DNA of 64,000 nucleotides, taken from positions 280,116,001-280,180,000 of the forward strand of contig OZ024741.1 of assembly GCA_964016885.1 (NCBI GenBank), given 5' to 3'. This document shows, in pieces, positions 47,920 to 62,300 of the stretch. The notes beneath the pieces were generated by a model. It saw only the letters and a list, made by a program, of their open reading frames with translations. It ran no database searches and was not told the DNA's origin. Position numbers and translations under genes: made by a program. The stretch is from Eledone cirrhosa. Its lineage: Eukaryota. Within the stretch, counting starts at the first letter, position 1. Every line of letters begins with the position of its first letter.

Positions 47920-50025
47920 CATATATTTCTGTGTGTGTGTGTATATATATTACACACACAGAAATGTATATATATTTCTGTGTGTGTGTATATATATATT
48001 ACACACACACAAATGTATATATATTTCTGTGTGTGTATATATATATATATATTACACACACAAATGTATATATATTTCTTAGAACAAAATTATTATTAAT
48101 GTTTTGCTGTTCATAACAATTGGAATTGAAAAATTACTTTTGAAATTATTAGTTATTTTACTAATGCTTAGATATGTAAAAATGAAGCAATGTTTCTAAT
48201 AATTGTTTCTACTTTTGGCACAAGGCCAGCAATTACCCAGTACATTACTGGTACTTTATTTTATCGACCCCGTGAGGATGAAAGGCAAAGTTAACCTCAG
48301 CGGTATTTGAACTCAGACCGTAAACGGACGTAACTCCATGCTATGAAGCATGGTGTCCGACTCTCTACAGATTCTGCCAATCCACCGCCCTAATGTCTGT
48401 ACGTAATGAGGGAGTGAGAGGGGAGAGAAAGAAAGGCAGAGGTGAAGTGACGAAGTGACTCTCTCCTCCTCCTCCTCCACCTCCCCATTCGTCACAGCGA
48501 TAGAGGGGAGGAATGTTAGTGTGTTACAAAGAGAAAGAGTGAGAGAAACAGACAGACTAAAAGAGAGGGATAGCTGGAGAGAGAGAGAAAGATAGCAACA
48601 GATACAGTACAGTAGCTAAGGGATGTATATATATTTCTGTGTGTATATATATATACATTTCTGTGTGTGTAATATATATATATACACACAGAAATATATA
48701 TACATTTCTGTGTGTGTAATATATATATATACACACAGAAATATATATACATTTCTGTGTGTGTAATATATATATATATATACACACACGGAAATATATA
48801 TATATTTCTGTGTGTGTATATATATATATATATATATTACACACACAGAAATGTATATATATTTCTGTGTGTGTATATATATATATATATTACAGAGGAT
48901 TCTATAGAAATAGTGGACAGCTTCCGTTACCTGGGTGACAAAATCAGCAGTGGGGGAGGGTGCTCTGAAAGTACAGTAGCTAGAGTCAGAACTGGATGGA
49001 AAAAGTTCAGAGAGCTTATACCACTATTAGCCGCTAGAGGGTTCTCCCTAAAAATGAAAGGCAGGTTATATGATGCCTGCATACGAACACCAATGCTGCA
49101 TGGCAGTGAGACCTGGACATTGTGTGCAGAGGATATACGCAGACTAGAGAGGAACGAAGCTTGCATGCTCCGCTGGATGTGCAATAGTAATATACGTGAA
49201 CGGCAAAGCATAAACGAACTAAGGAAAAAATTAGAAATAAGAGGGATCAGATGTTGTTTACTCGAAAGAAGGCTACGTTGGTACGGTCACGTGATGCGCA
49301 TGAAAGACGACAGCTGTATAACAAAGTGCAGGGCAATAAAGATAGACGGTAGCCACGGAGTAGGCAGACCCAGAAAAACCTGGGACGAGCTGATAAATTC
49401 CGACCTCACACGCTTACACCTCTCCAAGACAATGTCACTGGACCGAGACCTTTGGCGGTACTCAGTAATAGAGAAGACCCGCCTTACCTAAATACAAAGT
49501 AAAAACCTACTACAGTCAGTAGGCATCTCTATCAAAACACACCCCCGTCCCACCACCTCCACCCCATCCACACCGCCCCTTTCAATGTAAAGTTATGTTG
49601 GTCCCACAACATCCAGGCCGAAACAAATGAGATCGTGTAGGTGTCACGACAAAAAAACACACAGTCCACGCTGTAAATGTGGCCGTGTAGGCAACACGGT
49701 AAAAACATCCCAGCCCCACACTGTAAATGTGGTTGGTGTTAGGAAGGGCATCCAGCTGTAGAAAACCCGCCAGACAGTCCACGCTGTAATGTGGCCGTGT
49801 AGGCAACACGGTAAAAACCTCCCAGCCCCACACTGTAAATGTGGTTGGTGTTAGGAAGGGCATCCAACTGTAGAAAACCCGCCAGACAGTCCTATGCGAG
49901 CAAGACAACCACTCTTGCCTCAAGTGGGAAAACCCCCGTCCAAACCCATGCAAGCGTGGAACACGGACGCTAAACCTGATGATGATGATGATGATGATAC
50001 ACACACAGAAATGTATATATATTTC

Positions 50026-50068
<43 letters not shown>

Positions 50069-50193
50069 CACACACAGAAATGTATATATATTTCTGTGTG
50101 TATATATATATTTCTGTGTGTATATATATATATATTTCTGTGTGTGTATATATATATATATTACACACACACAGAAATGTATATATGTTTCTG
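47920..50193. repeat. Interrupted palindromic minisatellite (TTTCTGTGTGTGTATATA..TACACACACAGAAA)
   Basis: Blocks at 47920-48078, 48622-48893 and 49998-50193. Confidence 0.85.
48892..49997 (+). mobile_element. RTE family B 3' fragment
   Basis: [14 protein letters not shown]...IEKTRLT*, 3' UTR with internal duplication, (GAT)n. Very similar to 7045-8150(-). Confidence 0.92.
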
Positions 50194-52008
50194 TAGCACT
50201 CCTCAATTCTCCCCTCTCTCCCTCCCGCTATCCCCCTCTTGTAGTCTCTCTTTCTTTCACTCTCACTCTCTCTCTACGCGTCGCGTGCGCAAAAATCATT
50301 CGCACACGCGCACGTGTTTCCACTGTCGGACAGACAGACAGACAGAGAAATTGCTGGTTATATATTATAAGGAGATGATTAGAAATATGGTAAAAGGTTA
50401 CATTTTTTTGCATTTGGTTTCAATATATAACTTGAGTATAGCAGGTTGCTCCATGAAAGAATTTAAGAAATTTTACTCTTCTAGTAAAATACTTAATTTT
50501 TCAAATTTGCTTAAATAATTATTGAAGAAAATTATAATTGAAACTTAAAAGAAGTGAAATTTAAGAAAATTGCTCTTTAGAATTTGTTTTATTATGTCTG
50601 AGAATGTGATCAAAATATTTAAATTTTCTTAAATCTTCAATTATTGAAGCAATGTAATTTAGTTGCTTTCTTCATGATGAAATAACATTAATGTTTTAAT
50701 ATTATATTTAACCTTACCTTATACTTCTTAAATTCTTAGTAGTTTAGTTTCAAGTTTTAAATAACTTCAAGTTTAAAAATTAAAAAAAGGTCTTTAATTT
50801 TTCTAAATTCATTATGTTGTTTAAAAATTTCCATTTTTTTTTTACTTTTATTTATTAATTTTTTTAATTTGAAGAAGAAAAAAAATTATGTCATGAGATT
50901 TCTGCTTACTAAAATAAACAGAATAATCTTTTGAATTTGTTGTCATCTTTAAATACCAGAATGAATTTCCTTTGTGTAGTTTTAGTTTTTTAAGCTTGGA
51001 CTTATATTTAGCTTTACAGCCATTATGAAATCTTACCAGTGGTCTGTTTCTGTTGCTGTATTACAATAAATATAATGAAATGAATTTTGTATGGGTTGCC
51101 ATATGAAACAATTTTTCATCAGATGTGAGGCTAGCATAATGGACATAATTCACTAAGTTGGAAATTTTCAAAAGCACTTGCAGGGAGGGGAGGGAGAATA
51201 TCAATAAGTTGGACATGATTTAATTTTTTTTTTTTAGTGTATTTCGATTTTTAAAAATAGTTTAGTAGAATTTGCTTTTATATTTTCTTCTTTTCTAATA
51301 TGTATTAATATTACATTTTTTATTATTATTTCTTTTAAACTTTATTTTCTGAAAATAAAAATAAATAGCAAAGTTAAAAAAGTGCATTTTTGTGAAGCCC
51401 CATTTAACTTGATAATATGCAACATAGTATTTTACAAAGCAAGAGCTGATTAATCAAATAAGGTTAAAGAATTGTCTTCATCAGTTATGTGATATGGTGC
51501 ACTTAAGTGGAAGAGATGAAAAGAACATAGCTACAGTGTTTTATTTGAAGAAACAGCAAACACAATTCATCTGAATGGATGACTTTCATCATGGATAGTT
51601 TTGATTCAGGCTAGAAAATCAGCAAAAAAATATATATGTATATAAAGTATTGATACCAAGAATTATCCATGAAAGAGAGGAAGTAGTAGCAAATAAACTA
51701 CCAAGTATTTGGTATATGAGCGAAGGGTAGATAGTATGATGTCTGCATATGAAGTGTGATACTGAATGTGAGTGAGATATGGGCAATGACGGCAAAGGAT
51801 ACACAAAGGCTAAGGAAAAAATGAAGCAGTAATGCTGTGTTGGGTGTGTTATGGTAATGTGCCTAAAGTCAATTTTCCATGCTTGCATGGGTTAGTTGGC
51901 TCTCACATTATGAGGCCAGATAAGTCAAGGGATCGTGTCTTATTCATACATTCTGTTTGTGGCTCTATCATCTATGGCTGGATGCCCTTCCTAACACTAA
52001 CTATTTTA

Positions 52009-53218
52009 CAAGAGGGTGCTGAAAAGTTCCTGGCTTTGGATAAAAGAAAATACAGGAGAATCAGTTAATTATGATTTTATTCAACATATTCCTCTCTCAA
52101 TTTTTCTAAGCCCTGTAAAAAGAACTTGGAAGGTTGGGCCTCCAACCAGGCCTCTGTAGCAGCTATCACTTCCAAATCAGTGTGAAATTTCGTTCCCTTG
52201 ATATGTTTCTTTGGTTGTGGAAAGAGGTGATAGTCGGAGGAGCCCTAGTCAGGAGAGTAAGGTGGGTGGTCTACCAATCCAAGGCCAAAGTCACATATTT
52301 TCTGTGTGTGCTGGTGCATTGTCCCGCAAAAACAGGACACTACAGCTCAGTTTTCCATAGTGTTTCTGCTTCAAAGCTTCACGTAGTTCATCTAGCAGCC
52401 ACATGTAGTATTCTTTGTTGATGGTGTGACCCTTTGGAAGGTATTTTATGATAAATACTCTGTCTTTGTCCCAGAACAAGGAAGCCAGAATCTTTCCAGC
52501 TGACTTCTGAGACCAAAACTTCATAGGACACGATGAACCACTGTGGCACCACTCTATTGAGTGCTGCTTGGTCTGGGGATCATAATGATGAAGCCAAGTT
52601 TCTCCTATGGTGACTAAATTAGTCTTTCCCATTGCAAACTGGTCCAAAATCACCTTTGATGTCGTCCCTGTGATGTGCTTCTGATCTGCGTTCAGGCATT
52701 TTGGCATCCATTTTGTGGAAAGCTTTCTCATGTCCAGAATGTTGTGGATGATGTGGCCAACTCTTTTACAAGAAATCCCCAGAGTCTCAGCTATGACTTT
52801 AGCTGAAATCTGGCAGTCCTCGATAATCAAGACATGCACAGCATCGGCTTTAATTCTGAGGTCACGGAAGTTGGCTGCCCTGATTGGGTTTCTTCGGTGA
52901 CCTCGAAATGATCAGTCCGAAACCCTGACACCCAGATTTTCACTGAGAAATAAAATGGGCAGCTATCCGTCAAGACTTCATCTCGCCATGGTTTTCCGCA
53001 AGAGGAACTTCATGACCGCCTGTGCTTCAATTTTATCAATATCTACTGTAGGAGCTGTCATCATGCATTAAATCTGCAAAAAAGAGAAATATATATTGTA
53101 TACCATTATGGTTTTTTGCATATCTTCTCCTAAATAATTGTCCTACCTCCCTTGTAAAGGTAACAGCTCTACCCTTTCGTGATACCATTAAAGCCAGGGA
53201 CTTTCCTGCACCCCCTTG
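52009..53218 (-). mobile_element. Degenerate mariner transposon
   Basis: TIR CAAGAGGGTGCTGAAAAGTTCCTGGCTTT / AAAGCCAGGGACTTTCCTGCACCCCCTTG with TA flanks. ORF has KWMPKCL, IGETW and DNAPAH motifs. Confidence 0.9.
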
Positions 53219-53339
53219 TATAGCTTGTATAGGGAAATTTTTTTAGTGGCATTAGTACAAGCACCTTACAGGGATAGACTGCATACTTTTTGTTGTGGCA
53301 CAAGCACTACTTTGAAATTTATATATATATGTGTGTGTC

Positions 53340-53826
<487 letters not shown>

Positions 53827-56138
53827 ATATATATATATATGTGTGTGTGTGGTTGGTGATACGGCAGGTACCCAGCTGTAGATAATTTGCCAAACAAAAG
53901 GTAAAATAGACTTTCTGTTGTAGCAAATACTTAACAACTTCCATAGTGCTGGTGCCTCAATAAAATACTTGGTGCAGTCTGTAGAGTGCAAGATCTATGT
54001 CTCCAATTGAGTGCTGATTTTGTTTGTAACAACCTATCCAACCCTTGCTAGCAGGGAAAATGGATGTTAAATGATGATTTTATATTAGTCTGATCATAGA
54101 AAATCTCTAGACCGCTATAGTTTTTCTTACGACCTTGTTTCATCATCCATTCTCATCACTTTTTATATAGATATTTCCCTATATTTCAGGCTTTTAATTC
54201 CCTCACATCTACAACTCCCAATCTAGTTAAATCTTCATTTCACATTACAAAGTGAGTACAAACAGCTTCTTTCCAGACATCACGGAAACCCTTCTTCCAT
54301 TAACTGCCCTTTGTTTGCTAACTTTTAATTCGATCCACTTAACTAACTAAGGCATAATGAAGTCAATATTTGCTGTGGGATACTTCTACTTGAGTATTAT
54401 GAAAGATTTTCTTTTCTTTTGCCTGCTTGTTTAGTTCATAGGTTTGTATAGAGATAATAGAGTCACAACCAGTTTACAGTTTTATATCTTAACCTTCAAG
54501 ATCCTGTCATTCATTCTCTTTGTGCACTTATATCATTTTTCAATGGCTTTCAGCTAAAAGTAACTCAATACCTCTCTGTACCAGTTTATCCCCCAACCAA
54601 CAAATAGTGGCTGAGAGGAAAGGAGAAAGACTTGGGAGAATAGCTTCCTATAAAATAGTAAACATAGTGCTAAACACTACCATTAACAATACTAAAGATA
54701 CTGTCAAAACTTGAAAGGATTAAAGTGGCTTGTGATTAAAATAAAAGAAACAACAAAAGGTTGGGTGGTGGGCAAGAGTTTAGTGATGCAAATAATCTGG
54801 CGTGTGTAATATTATCTTTAAGAAAGCAGTAATTGTTGGCAGGTATTTACAATAATGTGATTTTATGAATAACCTTTTATCTAAAAGGGCTTATCAATTG
54901 TCAAAGTGAAAAATCCTATATTGCCACTGAAATCAGTTAGGTCTAACAGTAACCATGTTTCAACTGGTTGTGCTGATATAGTGAATTGCTATGGTCACAT
55001 TTCCAAACAACTAAACCAAGCTGTAAAAAAAAAATTAATAGAATAGTGGTGTCATAAAATTTACTGGTTGTTAATTATTGTACATACTTGAATATAAGCT
55101 GGTCCCTATTTTATGTCTGAGAAATGGTAGAGTGATAACCTAAATATTATTTCAATATTAAGATATGTCCCTGAATTAACAGTATTGATATTTAAGAGTG
55201 TAGTCAATAGTTGGTGGATTGGCAGAAATCGTAGACACACAACCTATATACTTGCATATAAGTCGACCCCTATTTTATGTCTGAGAAATGGGCAAAAATC
55301 CAAACCACATAACACGTTATGTTTAGATAGTGCAGTTTTGAAATTCTCATGAATGGAGAATATATTTATGAAGTTTTGATATTTTGATATTTATAATGTT
55401 TTAAATGTTGCTTTAGAGTATAGTTTTTGTTTCACAACTCCATTATATAATGAATTTTTTACCAATTTCTGACCCCTTTGAAGGTCATGTTCATTCAAAG
55501 CAAATTTCACCTGCTAAGTGAAATTGGTGTAATAATCAACTCCAAAGTGAAACTGGTGTGATATTCATCTCCAAAGTGAAAATATTTTAGCATCTCATTT
55601 ATGTAAAATGTTGAAGTTGGTGAAAATATTGATCTTGAATATAAGTCGACCCTCCATTTTGCCATTGATCTTTTTTGTTTGTCACATATTTCTCAGTTTA
55701 TAGACGATTATATATGATAATTAACTGCAAAGTTGATTAAATTAACCCCAGTATTTGACTGGTACTTTATTTTATTGACCCCAGAAGGATGAAAGGCAAA
55801 GTTGGCCTCAGCGGGTTTTGAACTCATAACGTAGAAAGTCATAACTAAATATTGCCAAACATTTTGTCTGACGGTCTGCCAATACTACCAATTCACCACC
55901 CTTAAGTATGTATATATTAGCACAAGGGAAAAACGTGTATATTTGAACAGAAGCACTTAGCTGTATTAACAATTAAGTTATCTCCCTTTTAATTAATATC
56001 CCTCTCATGAGAATGATGAAAGTACTAGGAACAATCAACTAAAACTGTTAAAGGTGGTACTACAATATAACTGCTGTCCTATGAATGAGACCAGTAAAGG
56101 AAGATACATTTAAACTCTTTAAAAGAACTCTATGTATA

Positions 56139-56326
56139 TAATTGTTTCTACTTTAGGCACAGGACCAGCAATTACCCAGTGCATTACTGGTACTTTATTT
56201 TATCGACCCCGTAAGGATGAAAGGCAAAGTCAACCTCGGCGGGATTTGAACTCAGATCGTAAAGGGACGTAACTATGCTGGAAAGCATGGCGTCCGACCC
56301 TCTACCGATACTGCCAATCCACCGCC
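56139..56326 (-). mobile_element. tRNA-derived SINE with Meta-like core (young)
   Basis: Reverse complement of the 37427 copy. Flanking duplication CTATGTATATA. Confidence 0.88.
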
Positions 56327-59300
56327 CTATGTATATAATATAATTCTTTTGCACCAGCATAATATGAAAGGCTGCTTTTGACATCTTGGAAAATGTTTGT
56401 TCTATTGTTACTTTAAACATTTAAAGGAACTTAGGATATTTTGTTTATTTCAACCCATTGTGTGTGTGTGTGTGTGTGTGTGTTTAATGTTAAAAGAATT
56501 TAGGCTAAAGACAAATTCATACTTCAAGTCACGGATCACTTACCATCTTGTAATATGCTTATACTGAAAATGTGATATATGCTGTGTCAGAATTCATTTC
56601 TTTTCATAGATCTGATATCATAAGCAGATTGTCTGTAATTCTACCTGAAAATATATAGTAGACCCATATTTACCTACATTTAGTGTCAGACTTATTTTGT
56701 GTTCATGTGACTGAATGTAGATTATTTAACTAAGAGGATTGATACTTTATCAATACATTTGCTAATGAAAACTTCCCTGATAACCACTGCTAGGTGATTT
56801 CTGAATAATATACCCCTCCCTTTAAAACAAAAGTACTTATATGTAAAATTTCCTCAAACAAGAATTTTCTATTGATTCAAAACCTTTGTCAAACTTTCCT
56901 GAAAAGATGAATTGTCATATAAAATATAAAATTCAAAGTGTGTTTTCATTAACTCCCATTTTGTTATGTTTTTTGTTTTGTTTTGTTTTTTTATTGCTCC
57001 TGTTAGAATGCATATATGTGCTTCCATAATAATACCCTCTCTTCAACAAAATTCCCTAACTACCGTATGCAATGTGCTGCTATTGATTTATTATGAAATT
57101 ATTCTAATGAACTTTATATAACCTACAAATAATATTCTTTGATACTGCTTCACTAATGATTTTATGTTACATGCACAGCTCTATTGAATTCAACATAATT
57201 TCATTTGGAAAAATACTGCAAATTTTGGCTTCAGTAGCATACACACTTATTATTTATTTTGGCTTTAGTAGCTTATTTTTATTCAGCATCACGAGTTGGT
57301 CACAGCTTAAAGGAAACAACAATCACAACTAAAATATGTTAATGCTTCGTTTTGTTTTGTTTTTTCTTCCTCCCGACCCTTTTTGTGCAATGAGTGAGGA
57401 TGAGAGAATAGACCTTGTTTGTTGATTTCAATATGGAATCTGCTTTTTATGTTTGGTAAATAATTTCATTGTTATATAATAGAAATATTTATTATACAAT
57501 ATTAGATTAAATCAAAACCAGAGGAAATATGAGTAGTTATATATCAGAAAGTATAGTGGAACAAGTTAAAGGAGTGTTATTTCAATAGTGGATGCAGTAT
57601 TATCTAATGTTCCTTTAAAAATAGAGTGAAATGATTTGAGCCCAAGGCTTAGCTGATTCATCTTGACATACATGGAATGGGTCCTTATCTAGAGTTATGT
57701 CACCCCACCCACCCTCAACTTCAAAATGTTAGGTTAGTTTTCAGCTTGTATTGAGAAGGGGGGATAGAGCATGAGGCTCATAACCTTTACCTCTATTAAT
57801 CCAAAATTGCTACAGAAATGATGAAACTCACTCACTGCTCCATAGGGAACAAAAGGAATTAAAGAAGAAAAGAAACTTCATAATCATCAGTTTAATGTCT
57901 GCTTTTTATTGTTGCTATGGTTAGGACAAATAATCAATTGAATCGATCAACAAGATCCCAGACCTCATTTGCTTATTGAGTGGGGTGGAACTTGTCAAAT
58001 TAGACCAAGGAAACAATGTTTCCATTGGTCTTTCAATTGCTGATAATATCTAAAGGTGGTAATTCCTGGCAGAAAGAGCAATGTAAAATAAAATGTCTCA
58101 CTCAAGGACATAACATATTGCCCAATCTGGGAATCAAACTCATAAACTCACAATTGCGAATCCAAATCTCATTTCACCTGTATTATGAGCAACTTTCAAC
58201 TCCAATTATCAATGCTCCTATGTCAGAATAATTCACAGCTTTATGAGATGCTGTGTTTTAATTCCCATATAAATGATATTTCTAACACTTTTAACACATC
58301 ATATATATGTGTGTAAGGAGTCCTGTAGTAACATATAACGTTTCTTGGGCATTTTAAACCGGGCAGAACCCATCCTTCTCCAGACTTGAACACAGCCAAT
58401 TTCTTCCAGAGAAGGAAAGAGGATGAGATATAGACAAAGAATGAACTCCATTACTGGACTGGTGCTTTTTTTTTTTTATTGGTCTTGAAACAATGAAAGG
58501 CAAAGCTGACCTCAGCAGGATTTGAACATAGAGAACAGAGAGCCAGAACAAATACTGCAAAGCAATCTACCTGACATTTTAATGATTCTGCCCATTCTTT
58601 ACTTTGCACATCATATACATGTGCACAAATATATGACTAATTTATGCTAATAAAATTTGTTAAACGAACACAAATATTAAGTACCAGCCTAAAGTAGAAA
58701 GGCTGGCACTTAATTTAATCATAGTCTAAATAACTTTCATTAAAGATCTGTTCAAACAAATCTATCTATTTGTAAAATTCATCTAAAATGTAGAGAATTG
58801 AAATTCTGTTAAATCATTTTAAAACTTCTTATTCACAGTTTAATTTACTCTTAAATAGAATTTAAGTAAAGATTGTTTCAGTATCTGAATTCTCCATAGA
58901 ATAACAATATAGAAAGAAGATGAGCAAATTCTTTTATCCTTTTGCTGGTTTCAGTCATTAGACAGCAGCTATTCTGAGGCACCACTTTGACTAGTTGATC
59001 ATACCAGCCCTGGTACATATTTTTTCAAGCCTGGTATTTTAGCAATCTCTTTTTTGTCGAACCACTAAATTACAAAACACAAATGTAAACATAGACACAC
59101 ATCACATATATACAACAAGTTTTGGTAGTTTCCATCTACCAAATCCCATTCACAAGGTATTGGTCAACCCAAAGCTTTAGTAGAAGACACTTTCCCATGG
59201 TGCTACACTGTGAGACTAGAACCCAGAACCACATAGTTGTGAAACAAATTCCTTAACCTCACAACCATGTAAATGTATCAAAAATGAATTGAAGTTATTT

Positions 59301-62300
59301 GAGATTTAATATATTGAAAATACAGGCAAGCAGTGCATGAAGTATAACAGAGTGCCATCCAGAGTACATAGTGAACTACTTAAAATGCATTAGTATTGAA
59401 GTTAGTTGCATAAAATATAAAAACAATAATGGATCTTTGAAAGCCAGAAATATTTCCTGTTACCTAGACAACTTAATCATCACCCACCAAATTTTCAAAC
59501 TTGACTTACACAATTTGTTCAGGTCTAGTGTAGTGAGTGAGAGTTTAACCCTTTCACAAATGAAATACACTGCCAATATGTTTTGACTGATTTTGAAAAT
59601 AATCAAGAATTTGAAAGACCTAAAATACCTAACTTTTTCATTAAGTGATATATTTAGGAATAACAGTTTATAAAAGGTCATTATATGAAATTATGATAGA
59701 ATGTTTCAGCATAAATATAAATGAGTGAGTTTTACTGTTGTATGAAACTTTCATTATCACATTTAATATTCATCATTTCTAACAGAAATTAACTTCAAAC
59801 ACTTCGTCACTGCAACACATATTGAATCACTCTTATTCAATACCATCTTTCAACTCCACATTCCTCACATCGTTTATTATCTCACATTACACCTTTTTTA
59901 TATAAAAGAATCTTTTGGTCTCAGGTGAGTAGGCATGATAAGGATGAAATAATTTCCAAGTAAAACATAACAACAAAGAAGTTATTTCTCTATAGAATAC
60001 AGGTTGTCAGATGGAAATAATATATAACAGGTGAGAATATTGTTTCGCTAAATACTGAGAAAAAAAATTGAAAACTAAATCAATTTAATCCATGACAAAG
60101 TAAATCTAGTATTATATCTCTTGGTACTTCTAATATCTCTCTCTCTCCTAACAATACATGATTTTCAAATTCAAACAACCAGCAGAAATTGATGATAATT
60201 ATGATTACTAACATATGCACAAGGCCAACAATTTTGAGGGAGGGGGAAATGAATTATATCAACCCCAGTATTTTACTGGTGCTTTATTTTATCGACCCAA
60301 GAAGGATGAAAGGCAAAGTTTACCTTGGTGGGGTGTAAAAATCCATAACTCAATGCAACAAAGCATTTTGTCTAACACTCTAATAATTCTGCCAATCCAC
60401 TGATCTTAATCATTTTTAATCTTGACACAGGACCAGCAATTAAGGTGGAGGGGAAAAGTAGATTATATCAACCCTAGTAGTTGAATGATATTTTATCAAC
60501 CTCTGAAGGTTAAATGTTAAAGTTTACCTCTGCGAGATTTGAACTCAGAATGTAAAGACTCAAAACAAATACTACTAAACATTTGTCTGATGCCAATCTG
60601 ATGATGTTAATAATTTGACACCAGATTGATAGACAAAGAATGTAAAGAAAATAATAATGATGATAATGATGATGGTGGGTTTGGTGATGGTGATGATAAC
60701 GATGATTCCTACTTTAGTCATAAGGCCAGTAATTGGGGTGGGGGAGTCAATTAAATCAGCCTCAGTACTTGACTGGTACTTTTAACCAACCCCGAAAGGA
60801 TAAAAGGCAACATTGAAATCAGAGTGTAAAGGTTTGTAACTAATACCACAAAGCATTTTGTCTGACACTCTACCAATTTTGCCAATCTGTTGCCATGAAT
60901 TAGCTGCATATTTTATTTCAGTGACTTTTCTTGATAGTTAGAATTCAAATGTATGTATGTGATATTTCCAACCCAATAAATCATGAAACTCATAATTTCC
61001 GCTATTGTTTTCTGTATGTGTATTAACTCTTAACGTACCATATGAAACCACGTGAGCAAGATCATCTTCACTTCAGCATGCATCCATTTTCCATGCTAGC
61101 AAGGATTAGACTTGTGATCATAGACTGGTCAGTACTCAAGCGGAGGCTCAACATATGTATGATTCTACTCTTTACTGAGTGCATTTTATCATGGCACAAC
61201 ACCAAAGAACTTGTCATGTCTTTGACACAGCTGAAGAGTCCTCTGGACCTTTGTTTGGCAAGTTTTCAAGGAGACAGAGTTTTTTTAAAGGAGGCTGGGA
61301 TGTCTGGGATCAGATACTTACCCTCGCCCACTCCCAGACTGATATACTAGATAACACCCACTCACCCGCCCACTCTCTCTTACAGGACCTGCTTGTAGAA
61401 AGATTTCATATTTGGAAATTGCTTTTGCATAAAACTCTGATGTGAGTGATAAAAATAGAACTGTGAGTGTCAGAGAAATAGAAAATGAAATGACTTTCTC
61501 TTCTACTTTCGTTTGCTTCAGTCTGAATAGTTTGTTTGCATATGCAGCATTTTATTTAATTCATCAGTTAGAAATTTAAACAATTATTTATCCAACTAAT
61601 TTCACTACAGGATGTCTTGCTACAATAATGTTTATTATTTACTTCCTAAAATAGGTCAATTAATGCTACTGTTTTAATCATTTCATTCTTTTTTTTTGTC
61701 TTTTTTATCTGAAGTTATTTATTAATGGGAGGAATTACAAGGGATTAAATAGGATAAGTTCTTATCTCTCACTGATCTCTCAGTTCATAAGCTATCCATC
61801 AGTTTGTTCTTCTGTTCACTGGTGCTCTAGTCCTTTGCTTATGACACTTATCTCTTCTAGATTCACTGGAAATTAACTAAAATGAAATGATATGGAATTC
61901 AGTCAGGTTGAAGATAGGAAGCAGATTCCTACTGACGCACCAGACTGACTATTTGATGACAGGTGTTCAAATCTCAATTAATCTATTTTACTTTTCTGTC
62001 TCTGATCTACTCATTTTAGGTAGTAGGGTTAACTTAACAATCCCTTTCTGTCATAGAATCCAAATTGTTCTCTCTGGATTTATTATTCTTTTTGTATTCT
62101 TTTTGTATTCTTCCACCTGTAGAATTCGTCCATACTGGAGCACCACCTTGACAAAATGCCTTAAGGTGTTTGTTCAAATCCTGCTGGAGTCAACTATGCC
62201 TCTCATCCTCACTGGGTTGATAGAATAACATACCAGTCAAGTACTGGGGGTCAATATAATCAACTAACCCCTCTTCCCAACTTTCTGGCCTTGTGCCTAA

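Larger units (their letters stand above)
47391..50375 (-). mobile_element. Non-autonomous Helitron B with nested SINE, RTE-B and palindromic satellite
   Basis: Minus strand A|TCTCCTTATAATATATAA..(CTGT)n start and CTGCTAG end at 47391. The host MITE resumes at 50376. Confidence 0.65.
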
